Below, piece by piece: positions 19,035-29,682 of a DNA stretch of 64,000 bases (position 1 is the first letter of the stretch; every line of letters starts with the position of its first letter). This DNA comes from Victivallales bacterium (GTDB lineage: Bacteria > Verrucomicrobiota > Lentisphaeria > Victivallales > UBA1829): assembly GCA_045114455.1 (NCBI GenBank), contig JBGUKN010000024.1:3904-67903 (forward strand), read 5' to 3'. The notes beneath the pieces are model-generated. The model was given only the letters and a program-made list of their open reading frames with translations, searched no databases and had not been told where the DNA came from. The position numbers and the translations under genes are program-made.

Positions 19035-20237
19035 TCACTCGACCTCGACCGTGACGCTGTAGTCGGTGTTGAACTTGGAATCGGGTTCCCACGGCTGCAT
19101 GTAGGTGAGGTCGATCTTCGCCTTGCCCTTCTTCAGTGCGCGGTAGACGATGACGGTCGTGCCGCCGACGCCGACCAGGCCGTTCGGATTCCTGCCCTGC
19201 ACATAGTCGTTCCTTTCGAGCTTGAGGATGTCCTTGTCGACCTTGTCGGCCTTGGTCCAGCTGAATCCCGTGGTGGCGTTGGCATCAAGCGTGATGATGA
19301 CGGTCCCGTCGACGGCGACTTTGACGGTCTTTCCGTTGTCCTTGTCGAAGAGATGAATCTCCGCCTTCGCCGCGGCGGACGCGGCCTTGGTGTCGGCGGC
19401 GGTCGCGGCCGCGGCTTCGACTTCGACGGTCAGCTTGAACGCCTGGGCGGGCTCCTTGTCCTTTTCCCACGGACGCGCATAGCCGAGCGCGATCTCGGTC
19501 TTGCCCGGGGCGAGCGCGGTGAACGTGCAGAAATCGTTGCCGCCGACGCCGACCATGCCCGCCGGATGCTCGTCGACCTTGTATTCGACTTCGCCGGATT
19601 TGAGGACCTTCGCGTCGGTCTTGCCGGTCAGCGCCCAGGAATAGCCCGTGGTGCGGTTGGATTTGAGCTTGACGCGGATCGTGTCACCGACCTTGACCTT
19701 GAGCGTCTTGCCGTTGTCGTCCCTGGTCATCTCGTAGGTCTTCGGCGCGGCCTTCGCATCGGCCTTCGCATCGGTCGCGGGCGCGGCTTTCGCATCGGCG
19801 GCTTCCGCGACGATCTTCACGCTGAAACTGCTGACAGGGGGGGTGCCCTGCTCCCACGGACGGCCGCAGCCAAATGTAAGCTCAGTCTTGCCGGGTGCTT
19901 TCACGAGGTAGCGGAACGTCGTCTTGTCGCCGACTCTGACCATGCCGATCGGATAATCCCTCAACTTGGAATCGCGTCCTTCGGCTTCCAGCACGGTATC
20001 CGAACGGCCGGGCGTTTCGGTCCACGAATAATAGTTGTCCGCGGCGTAGCTGTCCAGTTCGACCACGATGACCTCGCCGACCTTCACCTTGACTTCCTTG
20101 TTCGCGTCGCCGGTGGTCACGCGGACCTCCACGGGTTTGTCCGGGGCGGGCAGGTTCGGTTCGAGGACTGTGTCGGCGGCGGCGAGCCGGAGCCCCGCGA
20201 ACAATGCGGCGGCGGCCAGAAGAGCGGAGTATTTCAT
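19035..20237 (-). CDS. Secreted protein with three tandem chagasin/ICP (MEROPS I42) cysteine-peptidase-inhibitor domains
   Basis: Signal peptide MKYSALLAAAALFAGLRLAAA. Domains 2 and 3 carry the three chagasin loops: SNRTTGYSW / ANATTGFSW, GMVGVGG / GLVGVGG, and ARPWE / MQPWE. Domain 1 is degenerate (DNYYSW, GMVRVGD, GRPWE). The linkers are Ala/Lys-rich. Confidence 0.8.
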   Translation of the reverse strand: MKYSALLAAAALFAGLRLAAADTVLEPNLPAPDKPVEVRVTTGDANKEVKVKVGEVIVVELDSYAADNYYSWTETPGRSDTVLEAEGRDSKLRDYPIGMVRVGDKTTFRYLVKAPGKTELTFGCGRPWEQGTPPVSSFSVKIVAEAADAKAAPATDAKADAKAAPKTYEMTRDDNGKTLKVKVGDTIRVKLKSNRTTGYSWALTGKTDAKVLKSGEVEYKVDEHPAGMVGVGGNDFCTFTALAPGKTEIALGYARPWEKDKEPAQAFKLTVEVEAAAATAADTKAASAAAKAEIHLFDKDNGKTVKVAVDGTVIITLDANATTGFSWTKADKVDKDILKLERNDYVQGRNPNGLVGVGGTTVIVYRALKKGKAKIDLTYMQPWEPDSKFNTDYSVTVEVE

Positions 20238-20314
20238 ATCGGGAGCCTTTCTTTTCGTATGTTAAATCGTTTCTTTGAGCTGCATGCAACAATTAGACGA
20301 ATTGTCCGACAGAA

Positions 20315-20343
20315 ATTTTAGCACACGAAACGGAAAAAATCAA
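20315..20343 (-). promoter_or_regulatory. Sigma-70-like promoter for the chagasin gene (TTGATT-17-TAAAAT with GTGC extension)
   Basis: The minus strand reads TTGATTTTTTCCGTTTCGTGTGCTAAAAT. Confidence 0.55.
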
Positions 20344-20362
20344 GCCCCGGAACGATAGAAAG

Positions 20363-20401
20363 GAAAAAAAGCGGGAAAAAAGCCATGCGGAACGGTATGG
20401 C
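20363..20401 (-). terminator. Rho-independent terminator after the 20409..21374 gene
   Basis: The minus strand reads GCCATACCGTTCCGCATGGC (5-bp stem) followed by TTTTTTCCCGCTTTTTTT. Confidence 0.55.
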
Positions 20402-20408
20402 GGCGGTG

Positions 20409-21374
20409 TTATTGGATCGGACTTTCCATATTGAGGAGGAGGTACATTGCCGCGCCTATCACACAGTTTGCGGGCAGAAGCAATGTATCCGCGACGATCG
20501 CCGACGGCAGACAAACGGCTTTCAGGAGGATCGCGTCCCATGTGGGGAAACGTTCCCCGAAGATGCGCTCGTATTCGGCCATGCGCACTTCATCCATCCC
20601 GTTCCGGAAAGGATAAAGATACCGGTTGGCCTCGAGTGTATCCCATTCGCCTGCCGCCTGGGTCAGCAGCGCGTCGTGAGTGTTCCAGATCCAAGAAAAA
20701 AGATATAAAACGTCTTTCTTTTCTCTTCTTTCCTGCCGGGATAATTCGCCGCCTTTTTGCCGGAAAGGATTTGTCCGCGGTTCCCCCGGTACGGCGGTCA
20801 GAAGCACATACATGTTTCCGTAGACGCCGACCGGGAACATCATGCGGAGCTCCGGCTGGTCCCCCGCGGGACCGGATTCCTCCGCATTCGGTGAAATCAG
20901 TTTGACCTGGAACGGCCGGGAGAGGTCATCCAGTTCGTCGGGGTGGACGCGGAGATGAAACATTCTGTCCTCGTTGAGCGGAAGTTCGCCGGTTTCTATC
21001 ACGAAGGGAGAGTTGTGCCAGTATCGTTGTGCGTCGGGATCCGGTTCCACGATCAGGAAACACCGCATCAGGCTGTCCGGCATGGGGACCAGCGGGATGT
21101 GTTCCTCCCAGTTCGTTTTCCTGTCCCAAACCGAATCCATGTAAGCGGTGCGTCTGGGCAGGAGATAGTGGTGGCGGATTTCCCTCGCGCTCGTGATAAT
21201 GATCTCGCGGCGGTCGGGGGACATCGCGTATTTCGGTACGTCGAATCGCGATGTCTTCGCCCCGAACTGGCCGTTCAGCACGGCCGCCGAGAAGCACCCG
21301 GTGCAGGAGAAAATGAACGCTGCGGCTAGTACGGCGAACAGGAGATTTCGGATGGATTTTTTTACCCAGGTCAA
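20409..21374 (-). CDS. Hypothetical lipoprotein/membrane protein
   Basis: 321-aa ORF. The N-terminus MTWVKKSIRNLLFAVLAAAFIFSCTGC looks like a signal peptide plus lipobox, and there is a C-terminal hydrophobic segment. I recognise no family. Confidence 0.65.
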   Translation of the reverse strand: MTWVKKSIRNLLFAVLAAAFIFSCTGCFSAAVLNGQFGAKTSRFDVPKYAMSPDRREIIITSAREIRHHYLLPRRTAYMDSVWDRKTNWEEHIPLVPMPDSLMRCFLIVEPDPDAQRYWHNSPFVIETGELPLNEDRMFHLRVHPDELDDLSRPFQVKLISPNAEESGPAGDQPELRMMFPVGVYGNMYVLLTAVPGEPRTNPFRQKGGELSRQERREKKDVLYLFSWIWNTHDALLTQAAGEWDTLEANRYLYPFRNGMDEVRMAEYERIFGERFPTWDAILLKAVCLPSAIVADTLLLPANCVIGAAMYLLLNMESPIQ

Positions 21375-21643
21375 GATATTGCTCCGTATGACTGTGTTGC
21401 TGTCATACTATATCACAACTATTCGAAAAAACAACCTAAATAAAAAAACAGCGGATCAGGATAATGAAGCTCTGCCGGGACAAAATCTTTCTCTATGACG
21501 GGCAAGAAAAAAACGAGAGTCCTTAATGACGGGCTGCCGGGGCTGCCTGCGGCCGGGGAATGCCCGCGGGGTTTGCCTTTTCAACGGCCGATCGCAGTTG
21601 TGACGCGGAGAAGACGTTTTTCTCTTCTTTTTTTTCGTGTATC

Positions 21644-21672
21644 TTGCATTTTTCTCTTTCGAGTGCTATATT
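21644..21672 (+). promoter_or_regulatory. Sigma-70-like promoter (TTGCAT-17-TATATT with GTGC extension)
   Basis: TTGCAT at 21644-21649 and GAGTGCTATATT ending at 21672. This leaves a leader of about 140 nt before ATG 21817. Confidence 0.55.
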
Positions 21673-21816
21673 GTAGTCGGACGGCACAAAGGAAAAAGGG
21701 GCCGCAGGACCGGCTCATGGATTCGCCTGTTCATCTTTTCCTCCTGTCATATCGACAAAACCGTCCGGCCCACGAAAGGACAGGGCGGTCCGCAACCTTT
21801 TTGCCAGGCTGAAACG

Positions 21817-23013
21817 ATGATGATTTCCGGAAACGATACAGCAGAAGATATTCCCGGGAAAAAAAACTGTCGCGCTCTTTCCTCCGCGTCACGGGAGGCG
21901 GAGTGTCCTGCGTTGGATGAAGCGGGACACTCCGTCGATTTTGCCGGACGTCCTGCGGATGCCGTTGACGGCAATTCGGCAAATCCCGGAAAAGAGCGGA
22001 TTCTTTATCCTGACCTGCTGAGGATCATTGCCGCTTTCGGTGTGATCATTCTTCACGTTGCCGCGACCGGCTATTACTATAAGTACGAGGCCGGGACGAT
22101 AGGCTGGCAGATGCGGAATCTGTATGATTCTCTTTCCAGATTCAGCGTTCCGGTCTTTGTTATGGTGTCCGGTATTTTCCTCCTGAATCCCGGCAACGCC
22201 TACAGCCTGAAAAAGCTTTATGGCTCGAAGATCCTGAAGATCGCGATCGTTTATCTGTTCTGGTCCCTCTTTTATGCGGCGGTCTTCGTGATCGAGAAGA
22301 AAATACGCTTGGGACAAGACGTTTCCATAAGCATGTTTGCGGAAAAGGTTTTGAACGGCGAATATCATCTCTGGTTTTTATTTGTGATATGCGGTTTGTA
22401 TATGATTTCGCCCGTTCTCCGCCTGATCGTCGGAAACGAAACCGTCACGGTCTACTATCTCCTTCTCTCCCTTGTTTTTGTTTTCGGGGCTCATACGCTC
22501 GATCTGTTTCCCTTTTCCCGGAGGATCGCCGATCTGTCCATCCGGCGCTTTGACGTCAGTCTCGTTGCCGGGTTCTCCGGCTACTTCGTATGGGGATACT
22601 GGCTTTCGACTCACAAACTCGGCAGAAACGTCCGGAGAATGATCTACCTGGCCGGAATCGCCGGCGCTGTCGGAACGACCGCCTTCAATGGGGTCACCGA
22701 ATCCTGTTTCAGGACGCCTGACGGATACTTTCTCCCGGGTATTCTTGCGATGGCTACGGCTGTCTTTGTTTTCTTCCAGTATGGGTTTCAGGATACCTCG
22801 ATGCCTCAACGTCGCAGAAAGCTCATTTCCCTGGTCGGGAAGTGGAGCTTCGGAATCTATCTCGTCCATGTTTTCTATTGCATTGCACTTACTTATTTTT
22901 CCCACCGGTTTCCCTTCTTTATCCCGTTCACCGCGATCATCGTTTTCTTCGCCAGCCTTATCACGGTTTATGTGCTTGATAAGATTCCCGTCGTCAACAA
23001 GTATCTGATCTGA
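21817..23013 (+). CDS. Acyltransferase family 3 (membrane O-acyltransferase)
   Basis: RILYPDLLRIIAAFGVIILHVAA..., SRFSVPVFVMVSGIFLL, and about 10 TM segments. Start is ATG 21817 (MMISGND). Sampled lines are about 47-50% GC, clearly below the neighbouring genes. Confidence 0.85.
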   Translation: MMISGNDTAEDIPGKKNCRALSSASREAECPALDEAGHSVDFAGRPADAVDGNSANPGKERILYPDLLRIIAAFGVIILHVAATGYYYKYEAGTIGWQMRNLYDSLSRFSVPVFVMVSGIFLLNPGNAYSLKKLYGSKILKIAIVYLFWSLFYAAVFVIEKKIRLGQDVSISMFAEKVLNGEYHLWFLFVICGLYMISPVLRLIVGNETVTVYYLLLSLVFVFGAHTLDLFPFSRRIADLSIRRFDVSLVAGFSGYFVWGYWLSTHKLGRNVRRMIYLAGIAGAVGTTAFNGVTESCFRTPDGYFLPGILAMATAVFVFFQYGFQDTSMPQRRRKLISLVGKWSFGIYLVHVFYCIALTYFSHRFPFFIPFTAIIVFFASLITVYVLDKIPVVNKYLI

Positions 23014-23064
23014 GTGAGAAAACGCTTCGACTGTTTCCGGCGGAGGGGAGATGAATCCGCCGGG

Positions 23065-23103
23065 AAAAAAAGAACCCTCCCTGCGGGGATGCCGCGGGGA
23101 GGG
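23065..23103 (-). terminator. Rho-independent terminator of the gap-pgk-tpiA operon
   Basis: A 12-bp stem pairs CCCTCCCTGCGG with CCGCGGGGAGGG (one G-U pair) at 23075-23103. On the minus strand it is followed by TTCTTTTTTT (23065-23074). Confidence 0.7.
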
Positions 23104-23131
23104 AAAAGACACCTGATAACAGGTGGAATCG

Positions 23132-23896
23132 TCAGGCGTTCAGGGCGTTCTGGATGAGCGCGGTGAAGGAGTCGGCCTTGAGGGCCGCGCCGCCGATGAG
23201 GCCGCCGTCGATGTCCTGCTTGGAGACGAGGGCGCCGGAGTTTTCGGGCTTCATGCTGCCGCCGTACTGGACGACAATGTCCTGCGCCTTGTCGCCGTAG
23301 AGGGCGGTCAGGACGGAGCGGATGAAGGCGTGGGTTTCCTGCGCGACTTCGGGCGTGGCGGTCTTGCCGGTGCCGATGGCCCAGACGGGCTCGTAGGCGA
23401 TCGTGACCGCGTCCATGTCGGCTGCGGAGATGTCGGCGAAGGCGCCGCGGATCTGCTTTTCGAGGACGGTGTTGGTGACGCCGCCTTCGCGTTCGGCGAG
23501 GGTTTCGCCGATGCAGACGATGGGCTTCAGGCCGTACTTGAGGGCGGCCTTGATCCGCTGGTTGACGGTCTCGTCGGTCTCGCCGAAATACTGGCGGCGT
23601 TCGCTGTGGCCGATGATGACGTATTCGACGCCGATTTCCTTCAGCATCGCGCCGGAGATTTCGCCGGTGTACGCGCCGTTGTCGGCCCAGTGGATGTTCT
23701 GGGCGCCGACCTTGACGTTGGAACCCTTCAGGATTTCAACGGCGGTGGCGAGGCTGGTGAAGGTGGGGCAGACGGCGATTTCGCACTTGCCGGCGAACGG
23801 GGCGAGGGAGGCTTTCAGGGCGGAAGCGAGCTCGGCGGTTTCCGCCGCGGTCTTGTTCATCTTCCAGTTGCCCGCGATGAAGATTTTGCGTGCCAT
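23132..23896 (-). CDS. tpiA: Triosephosphate isomerase
   Basis: MARKIFIAGNWKMNKT, IIGHSERR, IAYEPVWAIGTGKTAT. Confidence 0.97.
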   Translation of the reverse strand: MARKIFIAGNWKMNKTAAETAELASALKASLAPFAGKCEIAVCPTFTSLATAVEILKGSNVKVGAQNIHWADNGAYTGEISGAMLKEIGVEYVIIGHSERRQYFGETDETVNQRIKAALKYGLKPIVCIGETLAEREGGVTNTVLEKQIRGAFADISAADMDAVTIAYEPVWAIGTGKTATPEVAQETHAFIRSVLTALYGDKAQDIVVQYGGSMKPENSGALVSKQDIDGGLIGGAALKADSFTALIQNALNA

Positions 23897-23980
23897 GGTA
23901 AATGGATTCCTGTTGTGGCGCGGGCGTCCGGCGGCCAGGGAGAAGCCGATATGCCGGACGCGTCCGCTGAATGGGGGTGA

Positions 23981-25225
23981 TTACTTGTCGGAGAGGGCGA
24001 CCACGCCGGGGAGGTCCTTGCCTTCGAGGAACTCGAGGGAGGCGCCGCCGCCGGTGGAGATGTGGGTCATCTTGGAGGCGAGACCGCTCTTGTTGACAGC
24101 CGCGACAGAGTCGCCGCCGCCGATGATGGTGGTGGCGCCGGAGTCGGCGACGGCCTGGCAGACGCCCATGGTGCCGTTGGCGAAGTTGGACATTTCAAAG
24201 CAGCCCATGGGGCCGTTCCAGACGACGGTCTTCGCGCCCTTGATGGCGTTGGAGTAGAGCTCGATCGTCTTGGGGCCGATATCGAGGGCCATCCAGCCTT
24301 CCGGGATGTCGTCGGAGACGGTCTGGATGTTCGCGTCGTTGGAGAAGGCGTCCGCGGCGAGGTTATCAACGGGGAGGAGGAACTGGACGTTGAGCTCTTT
24401 CGCCTTGGCGATCATGTCGCGGGCGTACTGGAGCTGGTCGTCCTCGCAGAGGGACTTGCCGATGTTGTGGCCCTGGGCCTTCAGGAACGTGTAGGCCATG
24501 CCGCCGCCGATGATGAGCGTGTTGACCTTCGTGAGGAGGTTGTTCACGACCGCGAGCTTGTCGGAGACCTTCGCGCCGCCGAGGATGGCGACGAACGGAC
24601 GGACCGGGTTGTTCACGGCGTTGCCGAGGAACGCGATTTCCTTTTCCATGAGGAAACCGGCGACGGAGGTGCCGATGTATTTGGTGATGACGGCGGTGGA
24701 GGCGTGGGCGCGGTGGGCGGTGCCGAACGCGTCGTTGCAGTAGATGTCGCCGTAGGAAGCGAGCTTCTGGGCGAGGACTTTCTGCTTCTCCTTGAGTTCG
24801 GCCTTCTTCGCCTTGAACTCCTCGTCGCTCTGGCCTTCCTTCTGTTTGAGCTTGCCCTGTTCTTCCTTGTAGAAGCGGGTGTTCTCAAGCATCACGACGT
24901 CGCCGGGCTTCATGGCCTTGACGATGTCATCGGCGTTGGCGCAGTCGGGCGCGAAGGTGACGGGTTTGCCGAGCATCTTGGAGAGGTATTCGGCGACGGG
25001 CTTCAGGCTGAAATCGGCCTCGTAGCCTTTTTCGGCGGGACGGCCGAGGTGGCTCATGAGGACCAGGCTGCCGCCCTGTTCGAGGACGTACTGGATGGAG
25101 GGCAGGGCGCCCTTGATGCGGGTGTCGTCTTTGATGACGCCTTCCTTGATGGGCACGTTGAAGTCGACGCGCATGACGACGCGTTTGCCTTTCAGGTCGA
25201 CGTCGCGCAGGGTTTTCTTATTCAT
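23981..25225 (-). CDS. pgk: Phosphoglycerate kinase
   Basis: [46 protein letters not shown]. Confidence 0.97.
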   Translation of the reverse strand: MNKKTLRDVDLKGKRVVMRVDFNVPIKEGVIKDDTRIKGALPSIQYVLEQGGSLVLMSHLGRPAEKGYEADFSLKPVAEYLSKMLGKPVTFAPDCANADDIVKAMKPGDVVMLENTRFYKEEQGKLKQKEGQSDEEFKAKKAELKEKQKVLAQKLASYGDIYCNDAFGTAHRAHASTAVITKYIGTSVAGFLMEKEIAFLGNAVNNPVRPFVAILGGAKVSDKLAVVNNLLTKVNTLIIGGGMAYTFLKAQGHNIGKSLCEDDQLQYARDMIAKAKELNVQFLLPVDNLAADAFSNDANIQTVSDDIPEGWMALDIGPKTIELYSNAIKGAKTVVWNGPMGCFEMSNFANGTMGVCQAVADSGATTIIGGGDSVAAVNKSGLASKMTHISTGGGASLEFLEGKDLPGVVALSDK

Positions 25226-25374
25226 GGAAAAACTCCGTTTGTTGAATGTGAAAAGAAAATAAGTCGGTTTTGGAAAGAAAGCAAAGCGGGACGGGCGGAA
25301 TGCCGCCCGCCCCGCGGGATTTCAGGGTGTCTCTGAATCGAGTATCCCTTCAGACAAAGTTGCCTGGAAACAGC

Positions 25375-26406
<1,032 letters not shown>

Positions 26407-26446
26407 TTAAGGCTGGGAATGGTTTTCTGAAAACTCAAATAATATA

Positions 26447-26474
26447 AATATAGCACGCTTTTAGAAATTTACAA
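26447..26474 (-). promoter_or_regulatory. Sigma-70-like promoter for gap (TTGTAA-16-TATATT with GTGC extension)
   Basis: The minus strand reads TTGTAAATTTCTAAAAGCGTGCTATATT, about 70 nt upstream of the gap ATG. The gap RBS is AAGGAGAAAAAA. Confidence 0.6.
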
Positions 26475-26599
26475 GTATGGAGACGGAAATTCGATAAAAA
26501 AATATCGGATTGCTCCTCGCGCGTGAGAAAAGATGAGGGAAAAACGCCGCCGGACCGTCCGAAATTGTCTGCCGACTGAAACTTCGCCGTACGCGTTTC

Positions 26600-26665
26600 G
26601 CGGTCAAGTAGAAAGATGCCGAGCATGAGCGAGGCCACCGAGGCGCGCAAATGCGCGCCCCCCGG
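26600..26665. repeat. Copy 1 of a ~66-bp imperfect direct repeat with a GC palindrome
   Basis: GCGGTCAAGTAGAAAGATGCCGAGCATGAGCGAGGCCACCGAGGCGCGCAAATGCGCGCCCCCCGG. The last ~38 nt are identical to copy 2 and contain the palindrome GGCGCGCA-AA-TGCGCGCC. Confidence 0.8.
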
Positions 26666-26770
26666 CAGATAAATACGGCGTATGAGGCAAATGAGATAGA
26701 ATAAGGTGTTCCCATTCGCCATATCCGCCCCATTCGCCGTATCTGCTAACTCTCTGCTGTTCGCGTCCTC

Positions 26771-26836
26771 GCGGTAATTGAGAATGATGCTGAGCGCAAG
26801 CGAGGCCACCGAGGCGCGCAAATGCGCGCCCCCCGG
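26771..26836. repeat. Copy 2 of the ~66-bp imperfect direct repeat
   Basis: GCGGTAATTGAGAATGATGCTGAGCGCAAGCGAGGCCACCGAGGCGCGCAAATGCGCGCCCCCCGG, located 171 bp from copy 1. Confidence 0.8.
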
Positions 26837-26916
26837 ACGCGGATGCGTCCAACACTTCATGCCCTCGGATGTCCGATCCTTTTCGGAAAGCCCGTTATTC
26901 TCTTGAGGCGGGACCG

Positions 26917-29682
26917 TCAGAAGAAGTCAAAGAAGCTTTTTCCTGACCGGAGGACCTTCAGCGCCTCGGGATCGTTCTTGAACAGTTCTTCCAATCCGGC
27001 GTCGATCTTGACGGATTTGCCCTGTTTCAGGTCGAAGACAGTTTTTTCCGCCGTGACGTCGGTGCGCGCGCCGTATTTCAGCAGGAGCTTCGCTGTCTCA
27101 TAATGCCTGTGGAGTAAGGCGATATACAGAGCGGACGATTGGCGCGGGTGTTTGGTGTCTCCGGGCGTTTCGGGGAAATCCGGCACGAACCCGTGCTTCA
27201 GGAGCATTTCCACCATTTTCGTCTGGCCGGAGGTGGCGGCGGATGCAACGGGATAATAATCCCCAGGGCGGCGATAATCGTCGGGCGAAACCTTCACGCC
27301 GTGTTCGATCAGCAGCTCCGCCATTTTCAAATTGCCGGCCGACACGGCAAGCGAAATCGGCTTCTTGCGGGTGACATTGTCCGGCGCGTTGACGTCCACC
27401 CCGGCGGCGAGGTATTCCTTCACCAGACCGAGGTCGTTCCACTTGATCGCCGCCCAGAACGGCTTTTTGAATCCGCGCGCGTCCAGCACGTCCACCATTT
27501 CCTGCGTCCCCTGCGAGTAGATGGCATCGCTCATTGACTCGGGATCGAATCCTTTCTCCAGGAAGAACTTGAACGCGTCGGCATTGCGGTACGTCGCAGC
27601 CTCCCTGAAGCATTTTTCCCAGTCTTCCCCGGACATCCGGTCGCGGTACTCCCAGAAAAGCGGAACGAGATAATCCTGTTTGTTCAGGATCAGACCGCCG
27701 ATGTCCCTTTGCTTGAATTTCGCACCGGCGGCGAGCAGTGTCTTCACCGTCTCCGTGTGGGGGAAGCCGTCTTTCGGGGAAAGCGCATATTCCAGCAGGG
27801 TTTTCCCGGCAACGCCCCCGCCGATCGGCTCGATCGGCGTGTTGACGGCGGCACGGTTTTTCTCGTCCTCCAGCGCCTTCTTCAGCCCGTCGGCATTGCC
27901 ATCCAGGACCAGCGTGAACAGCGACGGTTTGGTTCCAGCCTGAATCCTGCTCATGATCTCGGGATCGACCTTGATATTCTGCTCCCGAAGATACTCCAGA
28001 ACGGTCTTCCCGATCCGGGTTTTCTGATTGAAGTCGAAGCCGTTCTTCACGAGCAGATCGAATACCGTCCTGTTATTGGTCCTCGCGGCTTCCGCGACGC
28101 AGCTCGCACCCGCATCTGTGGGGATCAGCGCGGCTCCGCCATGGTTCAGCACGAACTCGAAGATCTTGTTTTTCCGGTCAAGGAAATCTTGGTTCCGGCG
28201 TTCCGGATCATGTTCGATCGCCTGATACAACAAGGGCAGTTTCACCTTGTTTACGTTTGTTGCATACACATTGAAATCGAGGTTCTTTCCCTCGCACAGC
28301 TTGAGCAGTTCGTCATACTTCGCGCCGACGATCAGGTCTTCCGCCAGCTTGATCTCCGCCTCCGTCTTCGGGAACGTGTCGCCGGCGGATTGCTGTTTCA
28401 CGTCCTCGATCCGCTTGTCCAGCGCATCCTGTCTGGCCTGTTCTTCCGCTTGTTTGCGCTCGGCTTCCTTCCTGTTCGATTCCTGGATCTTCCGCCGCAT
28501 CGTCATATCGGCGTTCATTTTCTTTTTCTGAAGCGTCCGGTATTCGCGGATCGCGTTCGCCTGTTCCTTCGAAATGCCGCCGCGCGGGATTTCCAGATAT
28601 GTAGTCTTCCCTCGGGACGAAATATCGAGCCCGACGATCAGGAAGAGCTTTTTCGCGGATGTTTCCAGCAGGACCATCGGCTGTTCGGAGGCGGTGATGT
28701 CCATCGGGACGCCGCAGTAGTCGCCCACGAGTTTCGCGGGGTCCTTGCACAGGGATTCGACCTTGTCGTCCGGGATCGCCGCGCAGCGCTTGTTGAGGCT
28801 CAGCAGCAGGGTGTCGCCTTCGCCGGGATACGCGTCAACGCCGTCGAAATAGTCGCACCCGGCCTGAAGCATTTCCTTTTTGAAAGATCTTCCATTAGGC
28901 TGTACTGGAGACTTTCCCTGGGAGAAGAAAGTGAAGTCTCCGGCCTTCGCAGCGGCGGGGTAGTACGCTTTCACGTCATTTTGGGGCGCCGAGACTTCCT
29001 TCATCTTTCCTTCCGCGAGGTTCGGGACGCCCGAACCCGATACGGTGATGGTCTTCAAACCGTCGATCGCCGGCGGCATGTTCAGCAGCGCGGTCAGATC
29101 GGGATTCTTTTTCCACGATGTTCCGTCCGGGATGCGGACGTATGCGAGCTGCTGCCAAACGTATCCGGGAGAATGGTCCCTGAGCCTGAAAACATATGTC
29201 GAACGGTCCGTTTCATCTTTCATGAGATACCAGGAATCCGTTTTCATGCCCTGCGCTTTTGTCGTCGGTTTCTTTTCCGGGAGAACGCCCGTCGACAGGA
29301 TCGACTTGATCTCGTCTTCCGACAGGATCACGATCTGCGCTTTCCGCATGTCGATCTCGCCATCGATGATGAAATCGAGTCCCGCGGGGGCTTTTTTCTG
29401 ATTTCGTTCGCGCATGGCAAGCTCGGCCAGATCCTGAATGTTCGCGGGCTTTCCGAACGGGACCCACTCCATTATGCCCGTTGCGAAGGAGAAATGAAAA
29501 ATTCCTACGGGCATGGGGGCGGTATCGAACTCCTCCGCGGGCGGATTCAGTTCGAACTCTGCCGTTCTGACGTTGTTCTTCGTCGTGGTTTTCTCTTTCG
29601 CGCAAGCCGTCATGGATGCGGCAAAGAATGCAAGGAGGCCGCAAATGAGCGCGGCGATTGTGCTGACCGGTTTGTTTTTCAT
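26917..29682 (-). CDS. Lipoprotein with an unknown N-terminal domain, a central coiled coil and at least 7 C-terminal ankyrin-like repeats
   Basis: MKNKPVSTIAALICGLLAFFAASMTAC (signal plus lipobox; start 29682 preferred over 29733). The coiled coil includes RKIQESNRKEAERKQAEEQARQDALDKRIE. ANK-like units include KPISLAVSAGNLKMAELLIEHGVKV, SAATSGQTKMVEMLLKHGFVPD and ALYIALLHRHYETAKLLLKYGARTD. Confidence 0.8.
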   Translation of the reverse strand: MKNKPVSTIAALICGLLAFFAASMTACAKEKTTTKNNVRTAEFELNPPAEEFDTAPMPVGIFHFSFATGIMEWVPFGKPANIQDLAELAMRERNQKKAPAGLDFIIDGEIDMRKAQIVILSEDEIKSILSTGVLPEKKPTTKAQGMKTDSWYLMKDETDRSTYVFRLRDHSPGYVWQQLAYVRIPDGTSWKKNPDLTALLNMPPAIDGLKTITVSGSGVPNLAEGKMKEVSAPQNDVKAYYPAAAKAGDFTFFSQGKSPVQPNGRSFKKEMLQAGCDYFDGVDAYPGEGDTLLLSLNKRCAAIPDDKVESLCKDPAKLVGDYCGVPMDITASEQPMVLLETSAKKLFLIVGLDISSRGKTTYLEIPRGGISKEQANAIREYRTLQKKKMNADMTMRRKIQESNRKEAERKQAEEQARQDALDKRIEDVKQQSAGDTFPKTEAEIKLAEDLIVGAKYDELLKLCEGKNLDFNVYATNVNKVKLPLLYQAIEHDPERRNQDFLDRKNKIFEFVLNHGGAALIPTDAGASCVAEAARTNNRTVFDLLVKNGFDFNQKTRIGKTVLEYLREQNIKVDPEIMSRIQAGTKPSLFTLVLDGNADGLKKALEDEKNRAAVNTPIEPIGGGVAGKTLLEYALSPKDGFPHTETVKTLLAAGAKFKQRDIGGLILNKQDYLVPLFWEYRDRMSGEDWEKCFREAATYRNADAFKFFLEKGFDPESMSDAIYSQGTQEMVDVLDARGFKKPFWAAIKWNDLGLVKEYLAAGVDVNAPDNVTRKKPISLAVSAGNLKMAELLIEHGVKVSPDDYRRPGDYYPVASAATSGQTKMVEMLLKHGFVPDFPETPGDTKHPRQSSALYIALLHRHYETAKLLLKYGARTDVTAEKTVFDLKQGKSVKIDAGLEELFKNDPEALKVLRSGKSFFDFF

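Noticed and set aside
23924-23965. Hairpin between pgk and tpiA (GCGTCCGGC / GCCGGACGC, plus the palindrome GGACGCGTCC) as an internal terminator
   Set aside because: There is no U-run, and the two genes are classically co-transcribed. It is more likely an intercistronic stabilising structure, and too speculative to list as a feature.
26435-26860. 141-aa minus-strand ORF and overlapping ORFs spanning the 66-bp repeats
   Set aside because: The ORFs exist only because the repeat is duplicated (ARLGGLA... appears twice). There is no RBS and no homology signal, and the ORFs cross the predicted gap promoter.
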